A DNA stretch of 64,000 bases from Oikopleura dioica (lineage: Eukaryota > Animalia > Chordata). Each line of letters starts with the position of its first letter. The stretch's first letter is position 1. Of the stretch, positions 1 to 12,652 are shown in pieces. The DNA lies in NCBI GenBank assembly GCA_907165135.1, contig OU015569.1, forward strand, positions 12,028,001-12,092,000. Reading direction: 5' to 3'. A model generated the notes under the pieces. The model ran no database searches and had not been told where the DNA came from. It saw nothing but the letters and a program-made list of their open reading frames with translations. The translations under genes were made by a program, and so were the position numbers.

Positions 1-198
1 GCTCAGAATCCTGCTATTTATTTCCGCGAACTTCGGTTTCAAGAGTCCTTGAAGGCAGCGCCCATCTTCCAGGATCTCTAGGAAATCGGCTAATCATCCG
101 CGAATTTTCCAGAAGCTTTTATCTAAATAGCAACAAAATTTAAAATAAAAGAATAATTTTTAGGAAATCTTAATTCTCTAATGGACTTTCTTAGTCCA

Positions 199-520
199 TT
201 AAGGACCCCCGCCAACGATTTTCCTCAAAAAATCAAAAATTTTAAAACAGCCATATTTTTTAAAACTTGTTCGGAGCACTTTTTGACCAATAAAAATCTA
301 AAATTTTAGCGAATATGGGACTTTTTCGTCATTTTTCGTCAAAAGTCCAATTTTCAAACGCGATTTTAAGGGTGTTTGAATCGAGATAGACCCCAAAAAA
401 TGAAGCCTCAAAATCGTTTTTTGACCTGTAGAATCCATTTCTGGGGTCAAAATTTTGAAATTCCGAAAATAGATTTTTCGAAAATTGTTGACGGGGGGGA
501 GGGGGGGGTTTGTTCCTTAA
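199..520. mobile_element. TTAA-bounded element with short imperfect TIRs
   Basis: TTAAGGACCCCCGCCAACGATTTTC at left versus GAAAATTGTTGACGGGGG...TCCTTAA at right. Confidence 0.45.
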
Positions 521-1228
521 GGCTTTGAAATTTAAGGGTGTCACTAGGTTTATCTTTTGCAAAGATATTTCTTGTCTTGGCTCAATAGTAACTAAAAGTG
601 CTTTATAAAAGGGGTTGAACACAGCCCTTTTGACCTACTTTAACTTTATTATAGACTGGAGAGATTTGGAATCTGAGATTCGGTATTTGAAGGAGGGAGA
701 TCTTTCTGGAATGGAATTGCGACACGTGAAGAATGTAAGAGCTCCTTGAGGATCAAGAATCGGCGTTGTGTCGGTTCTTGCTAAGTATAGCTCAAGTTGT
801 CTTCTGAGATCTGTTGAAGAGGCGGATCAGAAGACGGACCTTCGCGCGCGTCAAGAGGATCAGCACCGGCTTCTTGAGCACTCTACAAATCCAGGACATC
901 GGCGATGAACTTAGCACGTCACTTCTGAAACAGCATCCGGTCTTTCCTTCTCGAAAATATTCAAGAAGCTTCGAACTCTCTTCTGTCACGGAAAAAAATT
1001 TATTGGTCAATATTATGCAACATATCTATTGATAACTCGAAGTTTTTAAAAACATAAAATAAAATTTCTTAATAAAAAATGTCAAAAATATAACTTTTAA
1101 TTTTAAATTAAAAAAATTTTAAAGAAGTATAATTTTCAAGTTTCATATTGAAATTCTCTTATAGAAATCATTAATCACCCTTTTTAATTTATTTTGACGG
1201 ACAGGTTGAAACAACAGCGATTCTTTTT

Positions 1229-1939
1229 TTAGGCTTCTATGTCTGAAGCTAAAATATAAGATTATTTCAGCTGTGTTTTATTAATTGATTTCACTAACCT
1301 GCCAGCCTGGAGAGAACGAATTGGACTTGAAACGAAATAAAAGACTGAAGCAAAGTAAAAAGTCGGCTCTTATTTTAAGAAAATGCTTACCAAAAACATA
1401 GCGGCGGCAAAAATAAAGCAGTAAAGAACAAAAGTCATAATTAAACCGATACTGTAGTCGATCGAATGAAACGATTTTATAAAGAAGAAATATGAAAATC
1501 CTTTCAAAGGTCTTGAGCCTTTTCTTATTTTCTTTGGGGTTCGGGTTAGGGTTTGGGTTGAAGGATGAAGGCTTCATGAAGCTTAAAGACGCTTTTTCCT
1601 AAAGCCAAAAAGCTGTTCGCCAAAGCCAGGCCGCTGCAGAACAGATAGACATCATGCTTTACATCTTGCAAGCATTTATTCGCCACGAGCAGGAAAGCAA
1701 TATTCAAAATCACAAGGCTGAAATATTTTTAAGGATAAAAAAAGTTGAAATTTTTACCAATAATGAGCGACAATAACTGCGTGAACGAGCGAAGTGAGCT
1801 GCTCTGAAAGAAGAAATGCAAAGATCACTGCGTTTCCCAAGCATAAAAGCCCAAAAGTTAGACATATCCAGAGCAGCCAGCTTCCAGCTATTTCGATGTC
1901 CGAAAAGAAGGATTTTTGAATCTGAATAAGGTGATCCAT
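1229..1939 (-). CDS. Four-pass membrane protein of unknown family, 5 exons (1939-1758, 1717-1599, 1500-1391, 1344-1299, 1248-1229)
   Basis: Manual splicing gives MDHLIQ...GSWLLWICLTFGLLCLGNAVIFAFLL...LVHAVIVAHYCLVILNIAFLLVA...VYLFCSGLALANSFLALGFSYFFFI...IGLIMTFVLYCFIFAAAMFLSFISFQVQFVLSRLAASDIEA*. Four hydrophobic segments, three GT-AG introns and one GA-AG intron (1598-1501), all phases compatible. Confidence 0.6.
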
Positions 1940-2115
1940 TGCTCTTGGTTTGGCGACCTGTGTTGAAGCCTGAGTCAGAGTCCTGAGTCAGAATTTTAAG
2001 AAAAGGATGAAGTGGCGATTCTAGTGAAGGCGCTTTGCGGCTCCGTTTTTGTAAAAGCCGCTACGCGACTTTATTTATGATTTTTCAGGATCCTGACTCA
2101 GGTTTCGACACATTT

Positions 2116-2690
2116 TTAATATTTTTTCACCTTTTTATCAATGTCCCATTTTCGTATTTCGACAGTGTCATTTTTTATCAGATCGATTCGATTTTGGTAT
2201 GGAATAAGAACACCGTCGTTCTCGAAGTTGGCCTCGGACGTTTTTCGTCCAGAACCAGACGTTTTTTGAAGAAAGTCGGAAATAGGATGGGCAGTGTTTC
2301 GCCGAGCTGAGCGCTTTGAAAAAGCACTTGCTGAACGGCTCACTACGCGAGCGCGGTTGTACTCTTTTTTCACGGTAAGAATATCGCTCAACATTTTACT
2401 TTCTGACAGAGCAAGGAAAATTCATTTTACCGGTTCCTCCAAGAGAGCTGACTACAGACAATGAGTCTCCGTATTCGTGGCTGTCTTTTTATTGCAGGTC
2501 GAAAAATGCTTTTTTACCTGGAAAAAGTAATTGAAAACAAGAAAGTTCGATCCCGCTCCTGTTGTAGAATGAGGCCGTTTCTGTTCTTTCTCTGACTTTT
2601 CTTCGCAGCTTTTCATTTTTCCGTTCCGCAGCGAGAAAAAGATACGGCTGTTTGAAATGATTTGGTCGATTCGCGAGCTGAACGAAAAAA
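2116..2690 (-). CDS. Partial multi-exon gene, hydrophilic protein of unknown function
   Basis: Exons join in frame across two very short GT-AG introns: ...ELSCFQLLFP|DSHEYGDSLSVVSSLGGT|ESKMLSDILTVKKEYNRARVVSRSAS...EIRKWDIDKK. No recognisable domain; ends uncertain. Confidence 0.4.
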
Positions 2691-3607
2691 GTCACTAAAA
2701 CAACAATCTTTGTTATTCAGGCAGCTTTTTTCAGAATTCAGAAAATCGAATTCAGAGAGAATTCAGAATAACATAATACCTTCAAATCGACATTGTGATG
2801 AATTTATCCGATTTTCATCAAAATTTAATAACTAACGATTTTTCTGTGAATGAAAATCATCCGCGTTTCAAATATATTGAAGCGGATAAACTTCAATCAT
2901 CTCGTTTTTCCTACAAATGAAAGTCTTCCCCGTCTTAAATTTTGACAAGAATAAATCTTCGAGGAAAGAACAAAGTAAAAATATGGCTTTATTTGCAAGA
3001 TAAAGTCTGAGGTCCTCATAATCACTTCTGAGAGATCTGCATTTTAACCGATATTAAGTTCGTTAGAATGGCGACCTTTCAAAATTATTTTGCCATCAGA
3101 ATGAATACCCTGTTTACGATCATCTAGGAATTTACTGGCGCACTTGGATTGAACGAAAATATACTAACCTTGATATTTTTGGCGTGGCTGGATCCTCTGT
3201 CTCTTTCTAGTTTTTGATTGTTTGCAAGCAAGTATTTGCTATTTCTCGATAAATTCGGCGAGGCAATCGCTAAACAGCGAAAACAAAATCTGCACGGGAC
3301 CTGAGAAAGCGTGAGTGTACCTTTCGTAATATATACTAGCCCATAATTTATTCAAAAAGCAAGACGTGCACCGACACTTTCGCATCCTTTCCATGTGACA
3401 TGGACCATGTCCTGCTCTATAAATTTTAGGGTAGTATCCTTGCAAATCGGTCATTTTCAGATGCGTCGAGAAAATCTTTTCGATCTGATTGTACTCGCTT
3501 AGTAATCGCTCCTTCGAAAAAGTATATCTGATTGTTCGCTTCGAGTGCAATTTTTGCGGCGCAAAAATCAGTTTTCCCCAATCTTAACTCGAATCCTCAA
3601 ATTTTTG

Positions 3608-3881
3608 ATGGCAAAGAAGCCAATTCTTCGCAATCAGAGAAAACGAATTATCATCGATGACGAAGTCTCCTACCTTGTACCTGTCAATTTTGGCAACGCA
3701 ACACACGAACCAACTCTGTTTGAGTCAATTATGAGCGTGTTTCGGTAAGTTTTTTTTAACAAATTATCAGCTCAATTAACAATTTTTTAGGCAAACGGCT
3801 TTCATCTGGATTTTGGCATTTTTCGTCGTTGTTGTCTTCTCGATTTTCGGCATTACTCTAATCAAGAATATTTTTGTATAA
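3608..3881 (+). CDS. Small single-pass membrane protein, 2 exons (3608-3744, 3791-3881)
   Basis: ATG at 3608, gtaagt...ttttag intron 3745-3790, product MAKKPILRNQRKRIII...FRQTAFIWILAFFVVVVFSIFGITLIKNIFV*. One hydrophobic helix; the 3' end could extend further. Confidence 0.45.
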
Positions 3882-4602
3882 CTTGCTTTATTTACGGCTT
3901 TGGTCGCAATAAAACTCAGAATTCAATATTGCTGTGTGTTTTTTATATTTCTCAGGAGGCAACTTTCTATACAATGTTTACCGGAAAAGTCACAAGTAAT
4001 TCGAAAGATGTATTCATTTTTTTGAGAAGTTTGCTCTTTCGGTGGTGGGAGAAGATTGACAAAGTGACGAGACCTGTCACAGTTAAAGTATGTTTTGTAA
4101 TCTCTGACTTTTAACCAGCTTACTCTTCTTTCTCATATTCTCTACGTATTTACCACAAGTGTTAGTAACAAGACATTTCTTCAGATAAGGAACACTTTCA
4201 AAGAAACCTAGAACTCGGCTCGGTAACCTGTGTAGAAAACCTGAGTCAGGGTCTGAGTAATCTTTTATGAAAAGCCGCAAAATTGAAAATAGATGAGATA
4301 GTTAAAATATGCGAAGCCGCTTTGCGGCTTCGTTTTAAAAAAAGCCGCGTGGCGGCTTTTCATTTTAGCCCTTCAGACCCTGACTCAGGTTTTCTACACT
4401 TGATGCCGAACCTTGGAACGAGGAAACAACAGGACTTAAGAGATAAAATTTGAGCAATAGATATTTATATTTTGGAGGAAGCAGTAAGAGTATAAAGAAG
4501 GCAGAAAAAAGTACAGTAAAAAGAAAAATCGTGATAAAAATACAAAAGTTACAAATAGGGAAATTTTCGCGCAAAAGTTGTTGAAAATTTTTGTTCAAAA
4601 TT

Positions 4603-4929
4603 TCAATATCGTGTTCGAAGAAATGAGACTTTTCCGTCGCAGCAGTGAGAGGTGACGATGTCGCAGGTTTCCCAGTGTTTGTGGCTTTGCATTTCGCGGC
4701 TGATTAGTTCGAAGCAGAAGTTGCAAAAGCTCCTGGTGCACGATTTTTCCTTGGCTTGTTCGATCTGCGAGGAGGAAGAGGAAGAGGATGATCTCAGGGC
4801 GACTTTTTGACGAGGGGCGACCATTTTGAGCCCGTGGTAGGATTTGAAGCTGTTTCTGTTGAAGTATTTGTTTCGGCACTCGACCAGCTCGATTTGGATG
4901 AAGACAACGAGGAAAATATTCACGAGCAT
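4603..4929 (-). CDS. Small secreted six-cysteine peptide precursor, 108 aa, intronless
   Basis: Signal-like N-terminus MLVNIFLVVFIQIELVEC, basic/Ser-rich spacer, C-terminal CTRSFCNFC...WETC...SHCC module; many C-ending codons. Confidence 0.75.
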   Translation of the reverse strand: MLVNIFLVVFIQIELVECRNKYFNRNSFKSYHGLKMVAPRQKVALRSSSSSSSSQIEQAKEKSCTRSFCNFCFELISREMQSHKHWETCDIVTSHCCDGKVSFLRTRY

Positions 4930-5374
4930 TATCTTTTTTTTTTTTTGCTGTAACTGTTCTTGTTTTTTTTTCTATCTCTTGACTTGAAGAGTAAAGATCC
5001 GACGGCCCCTCGGTGCTTAAATACTTCCCGAAATCGTGCGGAATCGTCAACTGGTGGCGCAATGGAGCTGGATTTCTTCAGGAGCAGTTCGAGCCGGTTC
5101 TGTTTTTCGGAAAATGATACTTCTTGATTTTCGCCCTTGTGGAACTGGTTTTGTTGCTTGAGTCAGCTGACAGTTAATAATTTGATTCTTCAAAAGCTGA
5201 TGATTAAAAAGGACTGATCTAATACAGATCAAATACGTCAGTGATCACTGATCACGTGATGAAATCAAGGAGGAGAATCTTTTGTTTGCCTTTGGGTTCG
5301 TCTTTTGACCTGAATCAGAGCCTGACTCAGGATTTCTACATAGATTTTTGAGCTCAGATGTCGCAAAAATGGGA

Positions 5375-5610
5375 CTAAACCAATTTATGGAAGTACATTT
5401 TTGGATTACCAATAAGATTGCTGTATTTGGCCTACCACCCAATCAAAACCGTGATCCATAAAATCACTTCCATAAATTGGTTTAACCCCGAAAATGTGGG
5501 TAGAACCAATTTTTGGAACTGATTTTTATGGAAAGGGTTTTCATTGACCGGTAGGCCGAATACAGCAATCTTATTGGTAATCCGAAAATCATTCCCATAA
5601 ATTGGTTTAA
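5375..5610. mobile_element. MITE family C representative (also 15985, 20683, 27095, 43680, 63925)
   Basis: AAACCAATTT(A/T)TGGAA termini with core TACCAATAAGATTGCTGTATTTGGCCTACCGGCCAATCAAAACC; here two units in inverted orientation. Confidence 0.75.
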
Positions 5611-7464
5611 CCCCAAAAATGTCAAGTTGATCTGATGGTCAGAAGTAGCTGCAAGTCTAAAGTCATTTTCTGACAGACTTTTTCTCGGATCAGAAGCTGA
5701 TTTACGCGTTTAATATTTATAGAAATGAGCAGAGATTAGTTTCGCGCTGAGAATAGTAATTCACGCGGAAAATGAGAATTTAGGAAGGAACGCAGATTTG
5801 CTCATTTTTCGCCAAAAGTTCAATTTGGATCGAAGCTGCTTTTTGTAGACACGTGAGTAAAGTTATATTACTGTAGCTCAATTCAGAGCTGAAAAGAACG
5901 GCGAAGAAAGACAAAAAAAAACCAGAAAAAAAACAGATCCGCAGATTGGTTTTTCCTCAGTTCCCGATACCCAGTATTCCCAAAAAATGCCGAACGTCAA
6001 GTTGAAATCTGAACATGTTCCAATGAAAAAGTACTAATGGACAAAGAGCTAATTTCTCCACATTCTGGAAAAAGTGATCTACTGGCTCGACCTCGTGCAT
6101 ATTTCATTTTTTGCATCACGCTTCAATATTAGTAAGTACGCCGCCAAAGGATCGGATCAGCGAGTTGGAGTTGACGATTAATTGAATTTCTGTTGATCAA
6201 ACTCGTTTCCGCAAAACTTGAATCGGGGTCACCGTACTTTTAGTAAACTAGCTTCAAAGAGCAAATGAATCTCAGAAATTGGGAAAAAGAAAATGACGTT
6301 TTTTTGGATGGAGTAAAAACTCTTGTTGATTCATTTTTGTTGCTTCTCCAAATTTATTCACTTCGCAAAATATCAAATTTTTATTTGAAAAAAAAAGCCA
6401 AAAAGTAGAACTCATTTTTCCCTTACTTTAGCTCTTGGTTCGGAAACCTGTGTAGAAAACCTGACTCAGGTTTTGAAGAGATGACTTTGAATAGCTGGTT
6501 TATTATTCAAGCTATTCGGGACCTGACTCAGGTTTTCTGTACAGGCTGCCGAGTTTCAAAACTCTAGAATCTATAGATTTTTTTGAAGCAAAGAAAGAAA
6601 GCCCGTTGAAAGTAGGAAAGGTCGAGACGACGTCGAAAAAAAACGTGCCCCTAATTTTCTTTTCTCTCTCCACTTTTTTGGCGACGTGGAATCGGACGTC
6701 TTTACGCACCGGCCGTTGTCAGTTGATCGCCGTCTCCGTAGAAATCAGAGAAGACGGCCAATTCTCAAGGCGCGAAAAACAGGAACAATCTAGACAATCT
6801 TGAGTAACCTTCTTTCCAGCGCTTTGCCTGAATTTCTGATCGACCAATTTCTCACGATTTCGATCTCAAGACTTGGCAGCCTGTGTAGAAAACCTGAGTC
6901 AGGGTCTGAAAAATTTTTTATGAAAAGTCGCGTAGCGGCTTTTCTGAAAACGAAGCCGCAAAGCGGCTTCGCCAATATTACCATTTCAGTTTATCAAAAA
7001 CTCTGGCAGAACCTGACTCAGGTTTTCTACACAGGTTGCCGAGCCTAGTTCTCGTTTATTGAACGTCAAACTTGTCCGAAAATATGTTTTGCGGAGTTTA
7101 AATTATTTTCGGCTGTGACGCAAAAGTCGGAAGTTAAAAGGGGCAGTTTCGGTGGATTGATCGTCCTAATAGGCACTGTTGTATAATATTATCGTGGCCA
7201 CGACATTGCTGTGCTTCTTAAATGAAAGAGCGAAATTCCTGCTGCATCCGGTCGCCTCCACGTGGTCAATTAACCGCGAGCTGTTTAGAAGCGACGAAAT
7301 CAATTCGAACCTGCTCCGTGTCTGACTTTTCGGCAATTTTCCTCGGATTAGCTCTTTTCTACTAATTTAACATAATTTTTTGATTCACGAGCTCACCAGC
7401 TTCCTAGATAGATAGAGCACACTTCTTCTTTGGTAGAATAAGGGTGTAGCTAAGTCAAAAACTT

Positions 7465-7865
7465 TCAAGATTTAAAGCTAAGCTAAGGAAAAAATTTTGC
7501 TAAGCTAAGCCTAACTTTTTTACTCGGCTAAGCTGAAGCGAATTTAAAAGGCCAACATAGCGAACCTAAGCGAACTTAGCCAATAAACGAATCTTAGCTG
7601 AGAGATTGAAAATTGCGGATAAAAATGACTTAAAAAAAGTTAACCTGGCTTAGCAGCTAAGCCTTTAATAGCTAGTAGCTTAGCTGAGATGTAAATTAAG
7701 CTAAGCTCAGCTAACAAATTCTAGCCGAAGGTAAGCTGAGCCGACTTTTTTGGAAAATTATTAAGCAAAGCTAAGCTAAGTTCTTCCTGGGAATAGCTTA
7801 GCTTAGCTAAGCCTTATCTAAGCCAGCAGCTTAGCTAGCTTCCCTAAGGCTAAGCTAGCTTAGGC
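7465..7865. repeat. GCTAA/TTAGC pentamer-rich simple repeat with palindromic tendency
   Basis: Dense AGCTAAGCT and CTTAGCTTAG motifs over ~400 bp. Confidence 0.7.
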
Positions 7866-10247
7866 AACAAAATTTGTATTCATGAATTCAGTATTGACAA
7901 TGCTGAATACTTATTATAATCTTACAGTAAACAAGTTTTTTGTCGGGTAGCATTATTGATCCTTTAAAATTGAGAACACACTTTGTCAAATTTTTAAGAT
8001 GTTTTAGAACGTAATATTTGTTTTTGACTTGAACAAAATGTTAAATCGGCTTTTGTGATGGCTCAAGTACTTAATTGCCGTGTTGAACATCTTAATGTTT
8101 CAAAAAGAACAGGCCCATTTGACAGAATTAGGAGAAACCAGCTTTTTAAATTGAAGATACGACTATTTTTGAGCGCTTTGAACTCAGAATTTATCTTGCT
8201 GAGATATATAATAAATAGCGCGATTGCGCAAAAGTGACAGTTTTTAGCCGAAGATATCACCTCTAAGACGCTTGAAAAAGTATTTTTTTTTCTGTTAAAA
8301 ATCATTATCGAAGCGTTTTTCTTCTAAATTGGAAGAAAAAATATTTTTCCAAGCGTCTAAAACTTGACATCTTGGGCTAAAAACAGCTTATTTTCGGGGA
8401 GACACCCTTATTTATAATTTCAGTGTTTTTTCTTCTTCCAAAATCTAAGAAGATAAATTTTCTCCGCAAGAAACTACGGCTCGCTTTCGTCAATGAATTC
8501 GGAGTCATGGACATTTGTCTGATGATTTCATCAGTTCGCCTCGACGAGTTGAGTCAGGAGAACATTAAATGCTGTAATCAAATTATTTCCGAGTTGACGC
8601 AAGACTGAAACAATACCTCGGAACGTCGGCTGCGTGGCTATCCTTTTTCGCCAGCGCCGTCGCTTTCCAAGCTAAAGTTTCCTTGCCTCGCTATTTTTGA
8701 ACTCAGCCCTGCTCTTATTCTGAGGGTAAAAGTGGTTTTCAAGACAAGTGCGTGTAGAAAACTTGAGCCCCAGCCTGTCAGAATGGGTATTTTATAGGGT
8801 ACGTAATCGACCGCCTTGTTTGGCCCAAGATTGGGTGCGAGCTCGACCAAAAGAATTTCAGGCGGCGCTGGATTCCCGGATTTGGACCGCACATTATGTA
8901 AAGAGAATCAAGTCAAGACGTCTTGCCCAAGTCAAGGGGGCACTTAAAATTTTAACTGGTGTTAAAACCACGAAGATGTACTTTTTTCCAAAAGCGTCGT
9001 GGCTTAAACCAAACTCGCGTAATCTTTAATTGACCGCCTTTCTTGTTAACAAAAAACAAGACTTTCGAGGTTAACCCAAACACGCGCGAGGGCCTCAAAT
9101 CGCGGCTCAACTCTAAAAACCGTGAACAATTCAAAACTTGAAAGCTTGAAAAAAAGTTGCCTCATCAAAGATTCCGAGTTTCGCAAAGCCGAAATAATCA
9201 CTTTTAGAGTTTTAGAAAAAAGGGACTCTTCTGTTTGACAAAAAGATCTGTCAGCGTGTCATAATTATTGACGCAAATATTTAAGCTAATATACAACCTT
9301 AACTGATAAAATCGTGAAGAGAGAGAGAGTGAGCCCCGAGTTGTAGAGCTTCTAAAAAGCGGGAATCTGGACTCGGCGACCTGTGTAGAAGACCTGAGTC
9401 AGGGTCAATCACAAATAGTTTGAAATAGATACTTTACCCTGACTCAGGTTTTTTTGGGTGGCGACAAAAAATTTCGACAAACTTTGCGTGGGCGGCTACT
9501 CGGCTGCTGATTGGCCGGTCAGCAAAACGCAGGCTTTTGATTGGTTGAAAATTTTCACGCAAAATTTGTCGAAATTTTTTGTCGGTTCCTAAAACCGTTT
9601 TTTTGTAAAAATGTAGACGAGTTGAACATTCGTTTGACGTTTTATTCTACTAATCGCTTTTTCACGAGACCAGTCTTTTTTCGGAGCTGTTCATAATTCG
9701 ATCTCACTATTTAATCTGGGCTTCAGAGCCCGTTCTTAGGAAGAGGTTTGAAAAGGATTAACTCAGCATTTTACAATTTTCGCTTTATCTTCAAAAATAA
9801 AGCAGTTGATGATAGATCTTTCAGACCCTGACTCAGGATTCCGAGCCCAACTTTGTCTCCAATGAAAACCTAATAAGCTTGCTATGAAACTGCTACAGTA
9901 ACAAGAAGCTACGTAAAGATTGTATATACGCGGATTATCGATTTGCGGATTACGCTGATAGGGGCAATTACGGGCTGAGTGAAGTTGTATTTTTACGTTT
10001 TGCTGGAATCCGGTTTGCCCGTGCGCCGCGAATTTATTTATGACATAAATTAGCATCATCCGATAATTATCGCCAAATTCCCCGAAATTCAAAATAATTT
10101 ACTTTTTTTTATGAAAACTTTAAATTTATATAAAAAAAATAACGCGGGCTTCAAGTCCAAATGACAAGTGAGTAAGACCCGTAATCTGGGAAAGTAATTT
10201 TTACGATCGCTTAGGTTGTCTACAAGTACTGTCAACTGGTTATGCTT

Positions 10248-11191
10248 AGGGAAACTCGATGAAAAATGAGCTTTTTTTAGGGCTTAGTAGGGAGGAAGTA
10301 TAATACAGTTTTAGAAAGCCCAGGAGCTGGGGATCATTTTGACTATTGATAGTAAGGGGTTTGACTCATGCCCTAGGGCACTTTTGGCCTTCCAAAGGGC
10401 CAAATTTCTGGTACTCTTAGGATAAGGGACCGTAACTTCTAGTATCCCGGGTCTATGGAAATAAAACTTATACTCGGTTGTAGAGGAGGCTCTGACGGTT
10501 CCGAATATGTATAGAAAACCACCGGGACCCCCACCTCTAGAAGGCGCTAGAGGCTCTAGAAGTTGAGGAAGTCAACCAAAAATCGGTACTTTTTGTCAAA
10601 AAAGTGCTGGAAATGCTGTATTTTCATTCGAAATCGATTTAAATAACATTTTTGATGATTCTGTTAGATTAAAAATAAGTTTTGGGGTAATTTTGGGCAC
10701 TTTTAGGTCATCAAAAGCGAAAACTAGAATTTGCTGAAAATTCACCTCAAATGACCTCAACTGACATTTTTGAATATCACAAAATCGCTAGAAATTATTA
10801 ATAATCGATTTCGAATGAAAATACAACAATTCCAGCCTTTTTTAGGCAAAAAGTACCGATTTTTGGTTGACTTCCTCAACTTCTAGAGCCTCTAGCGCCT
10901 TCTAGAGGTGGGGGTCCCGGTGGTTTTCTATACATATTCGGAACCGTCAGAGCCTCCTCTACAACCGAGTATAAGTTTTATTTCCAAAGACCCGGGATAC
11001 TAGAAGTTACGGTCCCTTATCCGAAGAGTACCAGAAATTTGGCCCTTTGGAAGGCCAAAAGTGCCCCAGGGCATGAGTCAAACCCTTACTATCAATAGTC
11101 AAAATGATCTACAGCTCCTGGGCTTTCTAAAACTGTATTATACTTCCTCCCTACTAAGCCCTAAAAAGCTCATTTTTCATCGAGTTTCCTA
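10248..11191. mobile_element. Non-autonomous long-TIR element (Mutator/foldback-like), ~940 bp
   Basis: ~390-bp near-identical inverted arms (10248-~10640 / ~10803-11191) flanked by a perfect 9-bp direct repeat GTTATGCTT (10239-10247, 11192-11200). A 9-bp TSD with long TIRs is characteristic of MULEs. Confidence 0.8.
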
Positions 11192-11480
11192 GTTATGCTT
11201 CGGAAACAGTTTTGGCGTTTCCGAACAAGTGAGTCTATCATTCATAATATTTGTAATTATCGCTGCTCGCCGCGAAAATCGCGAAAACGTAAAACCGTCA
11301 TCTGTTTTGCTCCGGCCGCAGTTTTACGCTTTGGACAGCTCGTTTGTTACTTTTGCTACTCCCCAAAAACCACAATTCATTTTGCCCAAATCGTCAATTA
11401 CCGGAAGTCTCCAACAAGGCAGATCTGGATGGCTTGTCAAGATGTGTATAAAACCTGAGTCAGGGTTATGGTAAGGGTCT

Positions 11481-11717
11481 GGGCTCGGCAACCTGAGTAG
11501 AAAACCTGAGTCAGGCTCTGGAAGAGCTAAAATGAAAAGCCGCGTAGCGGCTTTTTAAAACGAAGCCGCGAAGCGGCTTCGCCAGGAGTTTAAAGAAATT
11601 TTATATGGATTATTTGCAAAGCCGCTTTGCGGCTTTGTTTTAAAAAGCCGCTACGCGGCTTTTCATTTTAGCTCTTCCAGAGCCTGACTCAGGTTTTCTA
11701 CTCAGGTTGCCGAGCCC
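11481..11717. mobile_element. MITE family A, full-length representative (~40 copies or half-copies in the window)
   Basis: TIR GGGCTCGGCAACCTGxGTAGAAAACCTGAGTCAGG; internal hairpins AAAAGCCGC-GTA-GCGGCTTTT and GAAGCCGC-(A/G)AA-GCGGCTTC mirrored on both arms. Other copies near 1951, 4215, 6440, 6871, 9370, 12190, 15615, 17550, 18482, 19238, 20773, 21355, 23240, 24897, 25858, 27750, 46365, 48605, 49235, 50805, 51747, 52714, 53100, 53248, 57655. Confidence 0.9.
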
Positions 11718-12652
11718 AGGTAAGGGTTCTTCAAAACTTCAAAACCCTGACTCAGGCTTGCTACGCAGGTTTTTCTTCTAAAATGGCGATTTTAAAATAC
11801 AGTACTTAAGACACCTCCGAGTCTCGGGGTTTGAGCCAAACTCTGAGGGCGAGAATTGTTTGCTGAAAACGTATTTGCATCCTTGTTTTGCATTTTGACC
11901 GGTAGGATCAAATGTTATCTCAGCGAGCAGGGATAAGAATGATATAAGAATGAAAACAATGGCCAAAGCAAGGTTGGAAAGTTGTTCCTAGAGGAAAATA
12001 AATTAGAGCAGAGTCCTGAAATTTGACGCTTTAGAAATCGCTCTTTTTTGATCCCAAAACCACAAAATTAGTTTTATGCAACATCCTCAATTACAGGAAG
12101 TTTGATAAAACTCCAGAGACCTTCCTCAAGTTTGACGACGAGACAATAAACGTCAATTAAACAACGGGGTGAAAAGAGGGGACTTTTAGGGCTCGGCAAC
12201 CTGTGTAAAACCTGAGTCAGGGCCTGAATAGATCCATAAAAGATCTATCGAACCCTGACTCAGGTATTCTACACAGGTTGCCGAGCTTAGCTCTTAAACT
12301 TTGCGATTCTGCCGACGATGTTCGAACTCCTTTGAAAGAGCGAGGGCTAGACTCTGTATCCCGAATTCCCAAAAACACCAAAACAATAAATTCCTAATTC
12401 CCAGTTCCAAACCTCAAGAATAAAAAGCCCCAGCTTAGCACGTCTGCTGCGACACGTAAACAAAGCCCCCTTTTTGATAGAATTCTGAATTGCTGCGGTC
12501 CCGAAAAACAAGATCGGAAATGAATATTCAATAACAAAAACGAATCGCCAGCTGGGCAACATTAGATGAATATATATTTTCCGGGCAAAATTTGGAATCG
12601 AATTTGACGCTCATCAGCAGCTACATTCTTTTTTATACGAAACGCGCTTATT

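Noticed and set aside
3239-3550. 103-aa - strand ORF
   Set aside because: TTG start, no homology recognised and no clear splice context; may be an exon but unsupported.
4927-5150. Upstream ORF whose stop overlaps the peptide ATG (TAATG), suggesting translational coupling
   Set aside because: The upstream frame has no start codon or clear splice acceptor, and the overlap follows an error-prone A13 run.
8600-8900. Possible spliced C-terminus ...SAAWLSFFASAVAFQAK|PCSYSE|GYVIDRLVWPKIG...
   Set aside because: Upstream exons could not be joined; too speculative to list as a gene.
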